A DNA stretch of 64,000 nucleotides, taken from Eledone cirrhosa (Eukaryota). Shown here one piece after another: positions 12,068-26,052 of the stretch. Location: the NCBI GenBank assembly GCA_964016885.1, contig OZ024757.1, positions 28,334,001 through 28,398,000 on the forward strand. The letters are read 5' to 3'. Both the position numbers and the translations under genes were made by a program. Numbering within the stretch: position 1 is the stretch's first letter; the number at the start of each line of letters is the position of its first letter. Under the pieces are notes generated by a model. The model was not told where the DNA came from. It ran no database searches and saw nothing but the letters and a program-made list of their open reading frames with translations.

Positions 12068-12325
12068 GCCTGGGACCTTTTGAATATTTATATGTAAGAT
12101 ATAATATACTTATAAGCCATTAAGGTGTCCTCTGTTGGCCTATAATTATTTCATGTTTATATAATATACATGTGGGCCAATGACTTATTATCTCTGTGCA
12201 TCTGGCCTTTTCAAATACTTATGTGTAAGATATGATATACATTTGGGCCATTGTGCTGTTCTCTGTAAGTGTGGGACCTCTTCAAATATTTGTATGAAAG
12301 ATATGACATGTGGGCCATTGAGGTT
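12068..12325. repeat. Degenerate minisatellite, ~60-70-bp unit, about 4 copies
   Basis: Recurrent (G)GACCTTTTCAAATAT...GTAAGATATGATATACATNTGGGCCATT. Confidence 0.65.
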
Positions 12326-12507
12326 TTCTAAAACGAAAGACAATTAAAATAGAGCCATTCGATAAAGAATCTGTTAATCATTGTTCTAAACTCTCCATGT
12401 TGATGTGGATGTAAGAGGAAAGAGAGAGAGGGGCAGCTAGACAATAGGGAGACAGAGCGATAATACAGGGAAAACAGAGAACGGCAATAACACATTAGGA
12501 GAGAGAA

Positions 12508-12633
<126 letters not shown>

Positions 12634-12666
12634 CGATTGTATCACTTATCACCTGTTTATAAATAT

Positions 12667-12753
<87 letters not shown>

Positions 12754-12945
12754 CTCGTATATATACATGTTACCTTATCCTTGACATAAAACAACACACA
12801 GACAGGTGTAAATTTCATTCTCATCATTTTTCTCTTTAACGTATTTCATAATATATTTGTCTCACCTTTGTTTGTATATGTTACACATATTTAAGTAATA
12901 TATATTTATATATAGTATACATATGACACCATATATATATATGTG

Positions 12946-12987
<42 letters not shown>

Positions 12988-13140
12988 CATACATATATAC
13001 ATATATATATTCATATATACATTTATATATATATATAAATATATATACACACACATATATATATATATATATACACACACATACATATATACATATATAT
13101 ATTCATATATACATTTATATATATATATATAAATATATAT

Positions 13141-13189
<49 letters not shown>

Positions 13190-13525
13190 TACATATATAC
13201 ATATATACACACACACATACATATATACATATATTTATATGACACCATATATATATAATACATACGTACATATATGATTGCATACATACATACATACATG
13301 TGAGTGTGTCAGAAATGTATAAAGCTAATCTCTTCTGTGTTTTTATGTACAGAGGAACACTAGAAATTGTGTTTTCATTCCATTCATTTCTCAGTGAGGC
13401 TCTAATTTAAAATCTGTTGTTGTATCCACTGTATATAATTTCTCTTCAGTCTTCTAATGCACACAATACTCTGCATAAATATTTACTATTAAATATACAT
13501 ATATATATCATTATTAACATATACA

Positions 13526-13710
13526 GGGCGGTGGATTGGCAGTATCGGTAGAGGGTCGGACGCCATGCTTTCCAGCATAGTTACGTCCCTTTACGATCTG
13601 AGTTCAAATCCCGCCGAGGTTGACTTTGCCTTTCATCCTTACGGGGTCGATAAAATAAAGTACCAGTAATGCACTGGATAGTTGCTGGCCTTGTGCCTAA
13701 AGTAGAAACA
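13526..13710 (+). mobile_element. tRNA-derived SINE family A (Meta-domain-like core), full length with TSD
   Basis: Box A-like TGGCAGTATCGG and box B GAGTTCAAATCC. Core GTTGACTTTGCCTTTCATCCTTACGGGGTCGATAAAATAAAGTACC resembles the MetaSINE core from memory. 16-bp TSD ATTATTAACATATACA at 13510-13525 and 13711-13726. Confidence 0.9.
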
Positions 13711-13734
13711 ATTATTAACATATACATACGTTCA

Positions 13735-13777
<43 letters not shown>

Positions 13778-13781
<4 letters not shown>

Positions 13782-13965
13782 GAAAAATTCGGGACCCCAG
13801 TGGCTAAACTCCTGCCATATCAACAACTAGTTCAGATCTAGTTGTTGAAACGGCAGGAGCTCAGCCGTAGGGATTCTGAATTTTTCATATTTCCCACTGT
13901 ACTACCCCAAATATTGAGTACTCTTGTGAGTAATGGTCTAACGGATTTTACTGCTTCCATGTTGA
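13778..13965 (+). mobile_element. Fold-back + tail element
   Basis: Imperfect 53-bp arms 13778-13830 / 13838-13890; tail TTCCCACTGTACTACCCCAAATATTGAGTACTCT homologous to the tail of the 8196 element. Confidence 0.7.
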
Positions 13966-14007
13966 TATATATATATATGTATATATACACACACACACAC
14001 ATATATA

Positions 14008-14090
14008 TACAGGGTGTCCCAAAAAATGTTTATATGCTTCAACAGCATTCTAATAAATAAGTGTATACATTGTTTGGGGGACACCCTCTA
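14008..14090 (+). mobile_element. Tc1/mariner-type MITE (TIR CAGGGTGTCCC, TA target site)
   Basis: TA-CAGGGTGTCCCAAAAAATG...CATTGTTTGGGGGACACCCTC-TA. The internal CTTCAACAGCATTCTAATAAAT is shared with four other copies. Confidence 0.75.
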
Positions 14091-14494
14091 TATATATATG
14101 AAAAGATTCAGGATCCTGATGGCTGAGCCGTTTTGACTGTATCGAGTACCCTGGTGGATTATGGTCCACCTGGTATTTTACCACACCCTATCTGATATAT
14201 ATATATATATATACACACACACATATATACACACACATACGAGCTTACACATATGTATACAATAAAACAACACATTATTCAGTCATATACTGTTTCTGTT
14301 TGGTTTCATACAACTGTGTGTTTGTCTACTTTGTTTATATATAATATAGTTATGTTTCTACACAATTACATAAATAGATATATATATATGTGTGTGTGTG
14401 TATAGTATATACATTTATATACACACACACATACTGAAGTATAAGTCATGCATATAAACCTATGTGCCTATATTTACATACTCACATATTGGTC

Positions 14495-14536
<42 letters not shown>

Positions 14537-16036
14537 GTATATTTGTGCATGTGTATGTATATATGTGTGTGTGTCTGTACAAACACCTTTGACCTTTCTA
14601 TTTAATACACCTCCGCACACACACTCACATTCATACACATACTTACACATTTACAGACACACACATGCACCAATTCTTGTCAGGTTTAATCAAGATGTAA
14701 AATTTCAAACGGGAATTTGCGACCTCCCAAATTTATGTTCCAACTCTCGCGGGACGTGAACTCTTCGTTAATAATTTGAAATATTTTCACAAAATTTATT
14801 CTAAGCAATGAGCAAAATATTCTGATTAATTATACAAACATTTGCATACATCAATTAGAAGAAACAAGCCAAAGAGTGGAATGGCTTTCATTAGCTGAAA
14901 TCTTGAAATGTCTTAGAGAAGAGAAAATCTTTTACGTCCATGACTTGCAAATCTGAGTAATAATTTTTACTGTTATGAGACATTCTGGATCTATAGAGCT
15001 TGGATATATGTGTGTATGTGTGTATGTATCGGTGTATGTGTATATGTGTGTGTGTCTCTCCTTTGTGTATGTATAGGTGTATGTATATGTGTATGTATAA
15101 GTGTTTGTTAAAAATAAATATATGTAGGTGTGTACATGAAAGAATGTTCCTCTGTAGGTGGTTGTGTATGTGTATGTGTGTGTGTATGCATGTGTGTATA
15201 AATATTGATAATTACATATATAATAAATAAATGTGTGTTCTGTTGGGACCCAAATTTTAGAAATGTTATTGTGCAAAACTACATGCACAGAATATATATA
15301 TATAATAAGTAATCAAAAATAACAAAGCAAATGACACAGTACATTGAAGAAATATATTAGTTTAGTACTTGAAATAATAGGAAAAGAGTCTTAAGGTTTT
15401 AGACTTCATCAGAAGATAGAATTAGAAATAAAGAATGAAATAGAAAGATAAAGAGTGAGAAGAGGAAGGAATGAGAAAAAAATGAGAAAAAGTACACGTG
15501 TGTATTCAGTCAGTCATATATATATATATATATACACATATATATATCAAACGCAAAAATAACTGTAAACACAGTCAATTGCTATCAATAATAGCTTAGA
15601 AATTGGGTAAATTACCCCTTTCGGCAGAAAAAAGTAGTCAGCAGCTACTACAGAGAATCAAACTCTATATCTCTCAAATTCTGGCTGGATTATTTATAAA
15701 CGATGACTTGTGTGTATGTGTGATCAGCATTTCCTGTCTGCATTCAATGGTTGGACATGTTTCATTATAATTATATGTGTATGTGTAATATATATGTTTA
15801 CACACACACACACATGAAAGTATTACCATGTGTATCCTGGTGTTCAGACTAGGTACATAATATAGCTGTGTGTCGTAAGAGGTGACTAAAAGTGTTGGTG
15901 TGAGGGAGGGCACCCATCCTGTAAAACATTGCTGTAAGACACCATGTCCAACCCATGTCAACATGGAAAGGTAGATATAAAAATGGCGAAGATATATGTG
16001 TGTGTGGATACACATATACACACACACAAGAAAGAT

Positions 16037-16222
16037 CTTTAGCATTCACATTACTCTATATTTACTATTATATTTTCACGGTAAAGGCTTTATCTCACAT
16101 AATATCGAATTTTGAGAACAAGAACTTAACATCAGTTTGAATGGCCAGTTACGACCGGTTTGAACAGAGAGAGGTGAGAGAATTCTGGCTGGATATGGCC
16201 AGTTTAAATGCTAAAGGGTTAA
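16037..16222 (+). mobile_element. piggyBac-type MITE, copy 3
   Basis: Same body; right TIR and TTAA intact, left end eroded. Confidence 0.8.
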
Positions 16223-16519
16223 CTCTGATACTGAATACATTAGTAGAGATGACCTTTATTTATTTCATATAGAATGACTACTACAGGACTAGAACTGTTT
16301 CATTCATTTGGAATATTAGAAAAGGAAGATTTCAAACAAATGAAACAGTTCTATGTATGTATATATATATATATATTATAAAGAGTTAGGACCTCAAGTA
16401 TTGAGTACTCTGTTGAGTAATGGTCTAACGAGTTTTTAACTGAATCCATCCTGATTTATATATATTTATATATATTATTCAAAATTTTAACAAATGAAGA
16501 TATTCACATAATCAAAATA

Positions 16520-16587
16520 TATGCTTTATTTTATATATTTCGAAGGTACTGTGTTGTTTTTTCAGTACGTCCTCGTCAGATAAAATA
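16520..16587 (-). ncRNA. Minimal type I hammerhead ribozyme-like motif (possibly degenerate)
   Basis: Minus strand: TATTTTAT CTGACGA GGACGTACTG-loop-CAGTACCTTC GAAA TATATAAAATAAAG. Homologous to the 8360 element but with a different, still pairing stem II. Confidence 0.55.
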
Positions 16588-16764
16588 TATGATTTGATAT
16601 ATGACATACGGTCTTGATATTTCAATTCCTGTATTGGCAGTGATTTATTTCATCAAATCTCAACATTTATATTTATGTGTGTTTAATATATATATCTACA
16701 TATCATCATCGTTTAACGTCCATTTTCCACGTTAGCATGGGTTGGACAGTATATATATACAGAT

Positions 16765-16805
<41 letters not shown>

Positions 16806-17137
16806 CCACACATATACACATATTATACAAACACACACACACATATATATATATATATATGGCACATGTCATGAAAATGTAAATATTTTTAGATTAAGTA
16901 AATGAAACCGAATTATTTGTGACACCCTGATTATGTGTGCTTGTGTCGTGTATGTGTTTATACCTGTAGTTATGTATGTGTGTATAGATATGATCCACTG
17001 TGTATGTGTTTGTGTGGCAGTGTGAGTGTGTGTGTGTGTGTGCATTCATGTACTTATGTGTGTATATATATAGTCCTCGGTATATGTTGTATGTGTGTGT
17101 GTGCTGGTGTATGTGTGTATTTATATGTGCATGTGTG

Positions 17138-17168
<31 letters not shown>

Positions 17169-18264
17169 AAAGGTATAGGTATTTGTTTCCTGTTGTCTCA
17201 AACACGACTTCATTTCTTCGATACCGTTCTCGTGTTAAGATCAACTCCCTTCTGACACCATTGCGAATATAAGGTTTCTTCTCTCATTCCAACGTAATCG
17301 GGGTTTTCTCGGTACACTAGCAAGTGGCCCGGTGTGGTGGAGTAGTGGCGTGGTGGAGTGGACGTTGGCTATTGAGAACACATATGAGAACATCTTCATT
17401 TAATATGTCACACATTTCTCAAACATGAAGTAACATACTCATACCAACACACCCACACATGCACATCCACCACACACACACACGTGTATATATATATATA
17501 CACACACACACACATATACACGTATGTATACACATGTCTATACATTGTCTGCTCACTTACATACATGGGAACAACAGGTAATATGAGCTAGTTTCACACA
17601 CACACGCTCTCTCTCTCACACACATACATGCACATACACATAAATATACACTTTCTTCATCTTCTTGTAAGCACATACACAGGTATTAAGACACCCACAA
17701 CACACACACACATATATCTATATCATCATCATTTTATATATATATGTGTGTGTGTGTTTAATGTTTGAAAAAATTCAATTTCCCACAGTATCACATAGAT
17801 ACATGAATGTGTGTGAGTGTGTGCATGGTCACTACCTAAGACCTTACCCTTACCTTTCAGAAAATTTAAAGGGGCTGCGAATGTGTACAGCCCCTAATAA
17901 AAATAAAAAAAACTATTTAGATAAAATCTAGATAACCCTCCATGATTTCTTTGGATTCTCTCTTTTTTCTCCAAGGGTCAGAGGTCTTGGCCTAAGGTAG
18001 ATTTAGGAGGGGAATGATATAGTTAACCAAGTTAACCTCAGTAAATTACTGTTATCTATTTTATTGGTTCTGGTTGAATGATAATCAAAGTTGTGACAAT
18101 TGTTATAAAATGAAGTCTGGAGCAATGAAGCAGTAAAGAGTTTGACAGTCAGGTATCTAATCTTGTTTACTCTGGTTTTGTTTCATGGAATGTTTCTTGT
18201 GAGACAATGGATCTGATATTAGAAAGTGTGTCTCCAAGATGACATCACAACTGAATTTTGATTA

Positions 18265-18556
18265 AATTGAGCCCAATACTGGACTGGTACTTTATTTTAT
18301 TGACCCCCAGAAGAATGGAAAGCTAAATTGACCTTAGCATGATTTGAACTCAAAACGAAAAACTGCAAAGCATATTTGTCTATCAGTACTGCCAATCAAC
18401 CTGCCAATTAACCAGTACATTACTGGTACTTTATTTTATCGACCTCGTAGGGATGAAAGGCAAAGTTAACCTCGGCGGGATTTGAACTCAGATCGTAAAG
18501 TGACATAACTCTGCTGGAAAGCATGTCTGACTCTCTACCGATACTGCCAATTCACA
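18265..18556 (-). mobile_element. SINE family A, two adjacent copies
   Basis: Two CTGGTACTTTATTTTAT...TTTGAACTCA cores, at ~18284 and ~18423. Confidence 0.8.
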
Positions 18557-18747
18557 ATGATAATGATGATAGATAGCACACAGCTCCATATGTAAACAGT
18601 AAACGTCCTACACACCTGAGGAATTACTAGTAGAAATAAATTAAATATTATTTTAAAATAGCATTGAACAATTTTTACCTGAATGAGTTAACGCTAAATA
18701 ATATATTAAAACATGCTGAATAAATACAATATATTGTTGTGTGTATG

Positions 18748-18778
<31 letters not shown>

Positions 18779-19620
18779 CTGCATCATGTGACAAGTGTAG
18801 TGTTTTTACCCTGAAGAATAATGAGTTGGATGAGTGAGAGAGAGAACAATAGACAGCTAAGTGGCAAAATATGACAGTATATATATATATATATATATAC
18901 TGTATATACATACATATATATATTTATATACACACTGAGAGAAGGAGGGGGACATAAAGAGAGAGCAATAGACAGCTAAGAGGCAAAATGTGACACTATA
19001 GGGAGAGAGAGAGAGAGATGACAGAGACACAGTGACACAGAAAATGAAGTAGAGGGAGAGAACTTAAATTTTGTCCCACCACTGTGTGTGTGTGTGTGTG
19101 GAATTATGTATGAGTGTATGTGAGTTTTAGTTGTTGTTTTGTTGTTGTTGTTGTTATAGTGGTTCTTTTGTAAATCTCTTTTGTAAATCATGGGTTCAAA
19201 ATTCAAATTTTATTATCAATGACAGAAGATGTAGTAGTGGTGGTGGTGGTGGTGTTAGCAGTAATGGTGGTGGTTGTTTTGAGGGTGGTGATGGTGTTGG
19301 TGTTTGCAATGGAGACAGTGGTGGGGGCTATTAGTGATGCTGGTGGTGGTGGTGGGAAAGAGTGCAGGATTTTGTAACGCAGTTGAATGAGGTTAATTAT
19401 CTTGATCCTCATGTGTCCACTACTGTATGTGTGTGTGTGTGTGTGTGTTTGTGTGATTGTGTGTGTGTGTATGCATGTGCTACTGTTGGCCCACCACCAC
19501 CCAACAGTCTTTTACTGCAACCACCACCTCTACTACCATCACAAGCCACCGACACAATTATCACCACCACATCACCAACCACCATCACCACCACTTCATT
19601 CTCCAGCCTTCTTCTCTATG

Positions 19621-19694
<74 letters not shown>

Positions 19695-19696
19695 TA

Positions 19697-19905
19697 TGTA
19701 TAACAAATTTAATATAGAAATGGCTTCTACGGGACTAGAACTGTTTGATTCGAAGGAAATTGTCAGGAATCCTGATAATTTCCTTCGAATGAAACAGTTC
19801 TAGTCTTGTAGAAGCCATTTCTATATTAAATTAGTTGTATACACTCTACTAATGTATTGAATACCTTACTTAGTGTGGTCACCCCTATTGAACCAGGAAG
19901 TCATA
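19697..19905 (+). mobile_element. Fold-back + tail element with degenerate hammerhead core
   Basis: ~72-bp arms centred on 19769; CTGATAA...GAAAC in the right arm; tail CACTCTACTAATGTATTGAATACC. A homologous copy lies at 16223-16352 (-). Confidence 0.7.
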
Positions 19906-20273
19906 TAAATATAATATATATATATCTACCTTGCTATCAAACTCATTCACCTCCACCCACACAAAACTATTACAATATTAACCACACACACACACTGTTT
20001 TATTGATAGTGCTTGCTAGGGTACCACCTCCATATCTGCAAATCTTCTTCACTTCTGCTATTTCAAATGTCTGTTTCCACTTCTCTCTTCCTCTCTCTCT
20101 CTCTCTCTCTCCCCTGCTTCTTTCTCTCCCACTCTCTCCCCGCTTCTTTTTCACTCCTCTCTCATTCTATTGAATATTTGAATATCCATATGCGATATCT
20201 GCCGATGATCCGTCAAGATGGAGAAAGAAAGAGACAGCAGAGAATGTGTGTGTATGAGAGAGAGAGGCAGAGC

Positions 20274-20304
<31 letters not shown>

Positions 20305-20391
20305 CAGACAGAGCAGAGAGTGTGTGAGAGAGAGAGAGAGAGACAGACAGATAGACTGTGTATGAGAGAGAGAGAGAGACAGAGCAGAGAG

Positions 20392-20433
<42 letters not shown>

Positions 20434-20956
20434 CAGAGAGTCTGTGAGAGACAGACACACCCAAACAGGATTCTGCCCAACAACACTGTTGTAATACATC
20501 CAATAGAATTCCATATTTGCCTGTCTTTAAAATTCACAGCTATTTTGGTGACTGTGCACACACACATGTATATATACACACACACACACACGTATATATA
20601 CATACACACATGTGTATATATAAATACACACACACACACACACACGTATATACGCACACACACACATGTGTATATATATACACACACACACACACGTATA
20701 TATACACACACACACATGTGTATATATATATACACACACACACATGTGTATATATATACACACACACACATGTGTATATATACACACTCATGTATATACG
20801 TATATATATATACACACACACATGTGTATATATATACACACATACACGCATGTATATATACACACACACACACATGTGCATCTCTTAACAACTGCAGTGC
20901 AACTACATATAAATACACAAACACACGTGTATATATATATATACACATACACACGG

Positions 20957-21025
<69 letters not shown>

Positions 21026-21814
21026 TGTATCTGTTCCTGACTGCATCATAGCACATATAAATACACACACACACACGTGTTTGTGTCTGTTCCCGGCTGC
21101 ATTATAACACATATAAATACACATACACACACACAAATACCTGCATCTGTTCACACACACATGTGCATCTATTTATAACTGCATCATAACTACATACACA
21201 CATTTAATTACATGCACACATAGTCATATGCACATACATGCATCTGTTCTTGAGTGCATCTTAGGCTATATAGATGCCTGTACATACATACATACATACA
21301 TATAAACACTCAGTCCCACATACAAATGATTTCTGATTTAGGCACAAAGTCAATAATTTTAGGGGAGGAGAAAATCGATAAAATCAACCTCAGTGCATTA
21401 CTGGTACTTTATTTTATCGACCCCATAAATGCAAAGGTAACCTCAGTGGGATTTGAACTACACGCACAAAACACACATGCATCTGTTCACAAATGCATCT
21501 TAGCTAGATACACACATACACAAACACACATATAAACACACTCATGTGTTTCTTCATAACTGCATCATAGTTACACATGCACATACACACACACGCATAT
21601 ATATATTTGTTTGTTCACAACTGGATCTTAGCTATATACATATACACACATAAATAAACACACACACACCTATGTGTGTGTCTTCACAACTGCATCTAGA
21701 TATATGCACTCATATAACACAAACACACACACGTGTTCATGAATGCATCTTAGTTACGTATGTACACAAACAAAGAAACACATACAGACACACATCTTTT
21801 ATTTTATTTTAAAT

Positions 21815-22262
21815 TCTTTTATTGGCTACAGTCATTTGACTGGGGCCATGCTGGGGCACTGCCAGTACTTATTTTATCAAAACATTTTCATTGAACTGCT
21901 ACATTATGGGACATAAACAAATACAGAAGCATATATTTATTCTTTTTTTTATTTCACTGCGACCATGCTGGGGCACTTCCCTCGCAGGAATTAATCAATC
22001 ATATTGACCCACATACTTTTTTTTTATAACTCTTGTTTTTATCTCATCGATGTCTATTTGTCAAATTGCTAAGTTACAGTACTTACACAAACGCAATATA
22101 TAAAATACGTACACACATACATGATGGGCTTCTGCACTGGTTCTGTCCACCAAATTTCACTCACAAGGCTATATTAGCTAACACTTGGCTCAAGGTGCCA
22201 TACAGTGGGATTGGATCCAATATCACATACTTGTAAGACCAATCTCCAGCGTAGCCACAGTC
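21815..22262 (-). mobile_element. SINE family D, composite and diverged
   Basis: CCAAATTTCACTCACAAGGC...CTCAAGGTGCC head region; CCATGCTGGGGCACT occurs twice in the tail part. Confidence 0.55.
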
Positions 22263-23154
22263 TAAGGAATGAAATTAATAAAATCTTATATATTCATATT
22301 CTATAAAAAAAGCAGCATAATGTTTATATATACAAATATGTTCAAACATATACATGTATATTTATTTATATATATATATACACACACGTCTAAACCCTTG
22401 GTAGCGTGGAAAGTGGACATTAAACTATGATGATGATGATGATATATAATCTATATATATATGAGTATATGTGTATGTTTATATATATGCATGTCTGTGT
22501 ATGTGTGTGTGTGTACATATATATATGTATATATATATATATGTGTGTGTGTATGTATATATGTGTGTGTGTGTATATATACACACACACGCGCGCATTA
22601 TATGCATACATACATGTTTGTTGTCTGTGCTTATATTCTGTAACTTAGCGGTTTGTCTGTCTGCTTGTGTGTGTCTGTGTGTGTTCCTATATGACCTCTG
22701 CCTGCAAGTACTGTTACAGGATATAAAAGACAGCCTCCACCCCCTCAATCCTCACACCCCTTTATATAATGTCACTGCCCCAGCCCCACCACTCTTCTTT
22801 ATTCTACCTCTTCCTCTAGTCCAAATATGACAGATATTTCTCAGTTATATGTTTCTTACTTTCCTATTAGGGGTATTGTCTGCTATCTACAACAATAACA
22901 ATATATATATATATAATAAGAAGTTGACGGACCCAGCATAGTTATATATATACACACACACATATTTATGTGTGTTTATATATATATATACATACACATA
23001 TATGTATATGTGTGCATATGTATGTAATGAACATCACCATCTTACCTGCCTTCACACACACATAAATGACATATTTAAACCAATATGGATATATATTGGC
23101 TTTGTCTGGCCAACTGACTCTACTATGTATGTATTTCTCGTGTGAAGAGTTAGA

Positions 23155-23212
<58 letters not shown>

Positions 23213-23695
23213 AGCTTAGACATTTTGATACAAAACCACCTGAAGCCGTCTTTGGCTCTCTGATACAAAGCTGTTTGTCTTAAAGGGTTTATATTTATCT
23301 GAAAATATTCCATCATATTTTTATGTAAGAACATCTTAATAAGGAGAACATAAATATTTGCGTACATTTTATTCAAATTCCAGATTATTTACAAAATGAT
23401 TTGAAAGTTGTAAGCTATTTCTTTCATTGGAAATATGGTAATGAAATGGTTAAAAAGCCACATATATTCATATACAACCCAGTTTGCCAGCTGAGTGGAC
23501 TGGAGCAATGTGAAATAATGTGTCTTGCTCAAGGACACAACAAGCCACTGGGAATTGATCTTACAATTGTTAGGTTGTGAGCAATTCACCCTGATCACTA
23601 AGTCCCGTGCTTTCATGATGATTGTGATGGTGGTGCTGGTGGTGGTGATGATATATGTATGTGTTGTATCTATATTGACTTGCAACATATATGTA

Positions 23696-23752
<57 letters not shown>

Positions 23753-23810
23753 ATACATATATGTCTATATCTTTATATATATATATGTATATACATATAT
23801 ATATCTATAT

Positions 23811-23866
<56 letters not shown>

Positions 23867-24181
23867 GTATAATTGGTTATGCATGAGTGCATTAAGGTTT
23901 TCCAGGACACAGTGTTATGTACCGTGTAGGGGAAGGTCAGCTTACAACAGAGTGGTGCTCAACGAAATGCAGAAAATAGGTGTATATTCCAGTTTAGCTA
24001 CACTCCGGGGCGTGTATAAAGAATCAAAAAGAACAGAAAGATGCAGTAAAAGAGATTTATATCTGTATATATATATATATATATATATATAATTATATAT
24101 ATATATATATATATACACATATATATATATATAATTATCTTTATATATATATATATATCTGTATATATATATATATATAAT

Positions 24182-24213
<32 letters not shown>

Positions 24214-24564
24214 TATATATATATAATTATCTATATATATATATACACATATATATATATATATAATTATCTATATATATATATATACACATATATATCT
24301 ATATCTATCTATCTATCTATATATATATATGGTAGAAACATATATATATATATGGTAGCCATGTTTCAATAACCACCGTATGGCAATGATTATTAATCGA
24401 TGTAAACATTCTTTGGTCAGCCACTCTGCCAGTCACTTGTTGCATTCATCAAAGCAGTCAACCAACCAATAAATTAATCAGATACCATCCAACCATCCAC
24501 GCATTCATTCAACCATCCAATGTCTCTTATTTAACCTCCTGACCAAACATATCCATATATATAT

Positions 24565-24760
<196 letters not shown>

Positions 24761-24970
24761 ATATATATACACACCAGATCTCATCATCATTCAACGTCTG
24801 ATCTCCCTGCTAGCAAGGGTTATATATATCTAACCCATGCTCCGTCTAACCCATGCTAGCATGGAAGATGGACGTTAAATGAAGATGATGATGATGATGA
24901 TATATATATGTGTGTATTTATGTAATTATTATCATCTTCCTTTTTTCCATGAATGCGTGGTTTGGACAAT

Positions 24971-25001
<31 letters not shown>

Positions 25002-25174
25002 AGTATGTATATATATATATACATTGTATATATATATATTTTTTTTTTTTTCCAACTGAGTTGACAGGAGCAATGTGAAATACAGGGTTTTGCTTGAAGG
25101 ACACAACACGCTGCTAGGAATTAAATGTAGACCAGACACCCTAACCACTAAGGCTTCGCAGAGAGGGTTTCTTG

Positions 25175-26052
25175 GTAACAACAATTGCAGCAACATCATC
25201 ATCATCACCTATAACAACCACAATAAAAGCAACAACCACTACAACGCCAACAACAGCGACCATAACAACATTGGCAACAACTGCAAAGACAACCACATTA
25301 GCAATAACAATAACGACCACAACAACAGCTAAGACCAAGACAACAACAACTCCTACCACCACATCACAACCACTACAACAGACATGACCCACATCAACAA
25401 CCACAACAACAGCCATGACCAAGACAACAACAACTTCCATCACCACCATCACATCTACATCAACCACCACCACAATCATGGCTGTTGTTGTGGTTGTTGA
25501 TGTGGTCATGTCTGTTGTAGTGACAACAGACATGACCACATCAACAACCACAACAACAGCCATGACCAAGACAACAACAACTTCCACCATCACATCTACA
25601 TCAACCACCACCACAATCATGGCTGTTGTTGTGGTTGTTGATGTGGTCATGTCTGCTGTAGTGACAACAGACATGACCACATCAACAACCACAACAACAG
25701 CCATGCCCAAGACAACAACAACTTCCACCACCACCATCACATCTACATCAACCACCACCACAACAGCCATGACCAAGACAACAACTTCCATCACCACCAT
25801 CACATCTACATCAACCACCACCACCACCACAACAACAACAACAACAGCCATGACCAAAACAACTTCCACCACCACAGCAACAACAACCACAACAGCCATG
25901 ACCAAGACAACAACAACTTCCTCCACCACCAGCATCACATCTACAACCACCACCACCACAACAACCTCAACCACAACAGCAGCCATGACCAAGACAACAA
26001 CAACAACTTCCACCACCATCACATCTATAATCACAACCACAACCACAACAAC
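25175..26052. repeat. (ACA/ACC)-based minisatellite with embedded inverted segments
   Basis: Unit CAGCCATGACCAAGACAACAACAACTTCCACCACCATCACATCTACATCAACC repeated many times; inverted blocks at 25476 and 25617. Confidence 0.9.
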
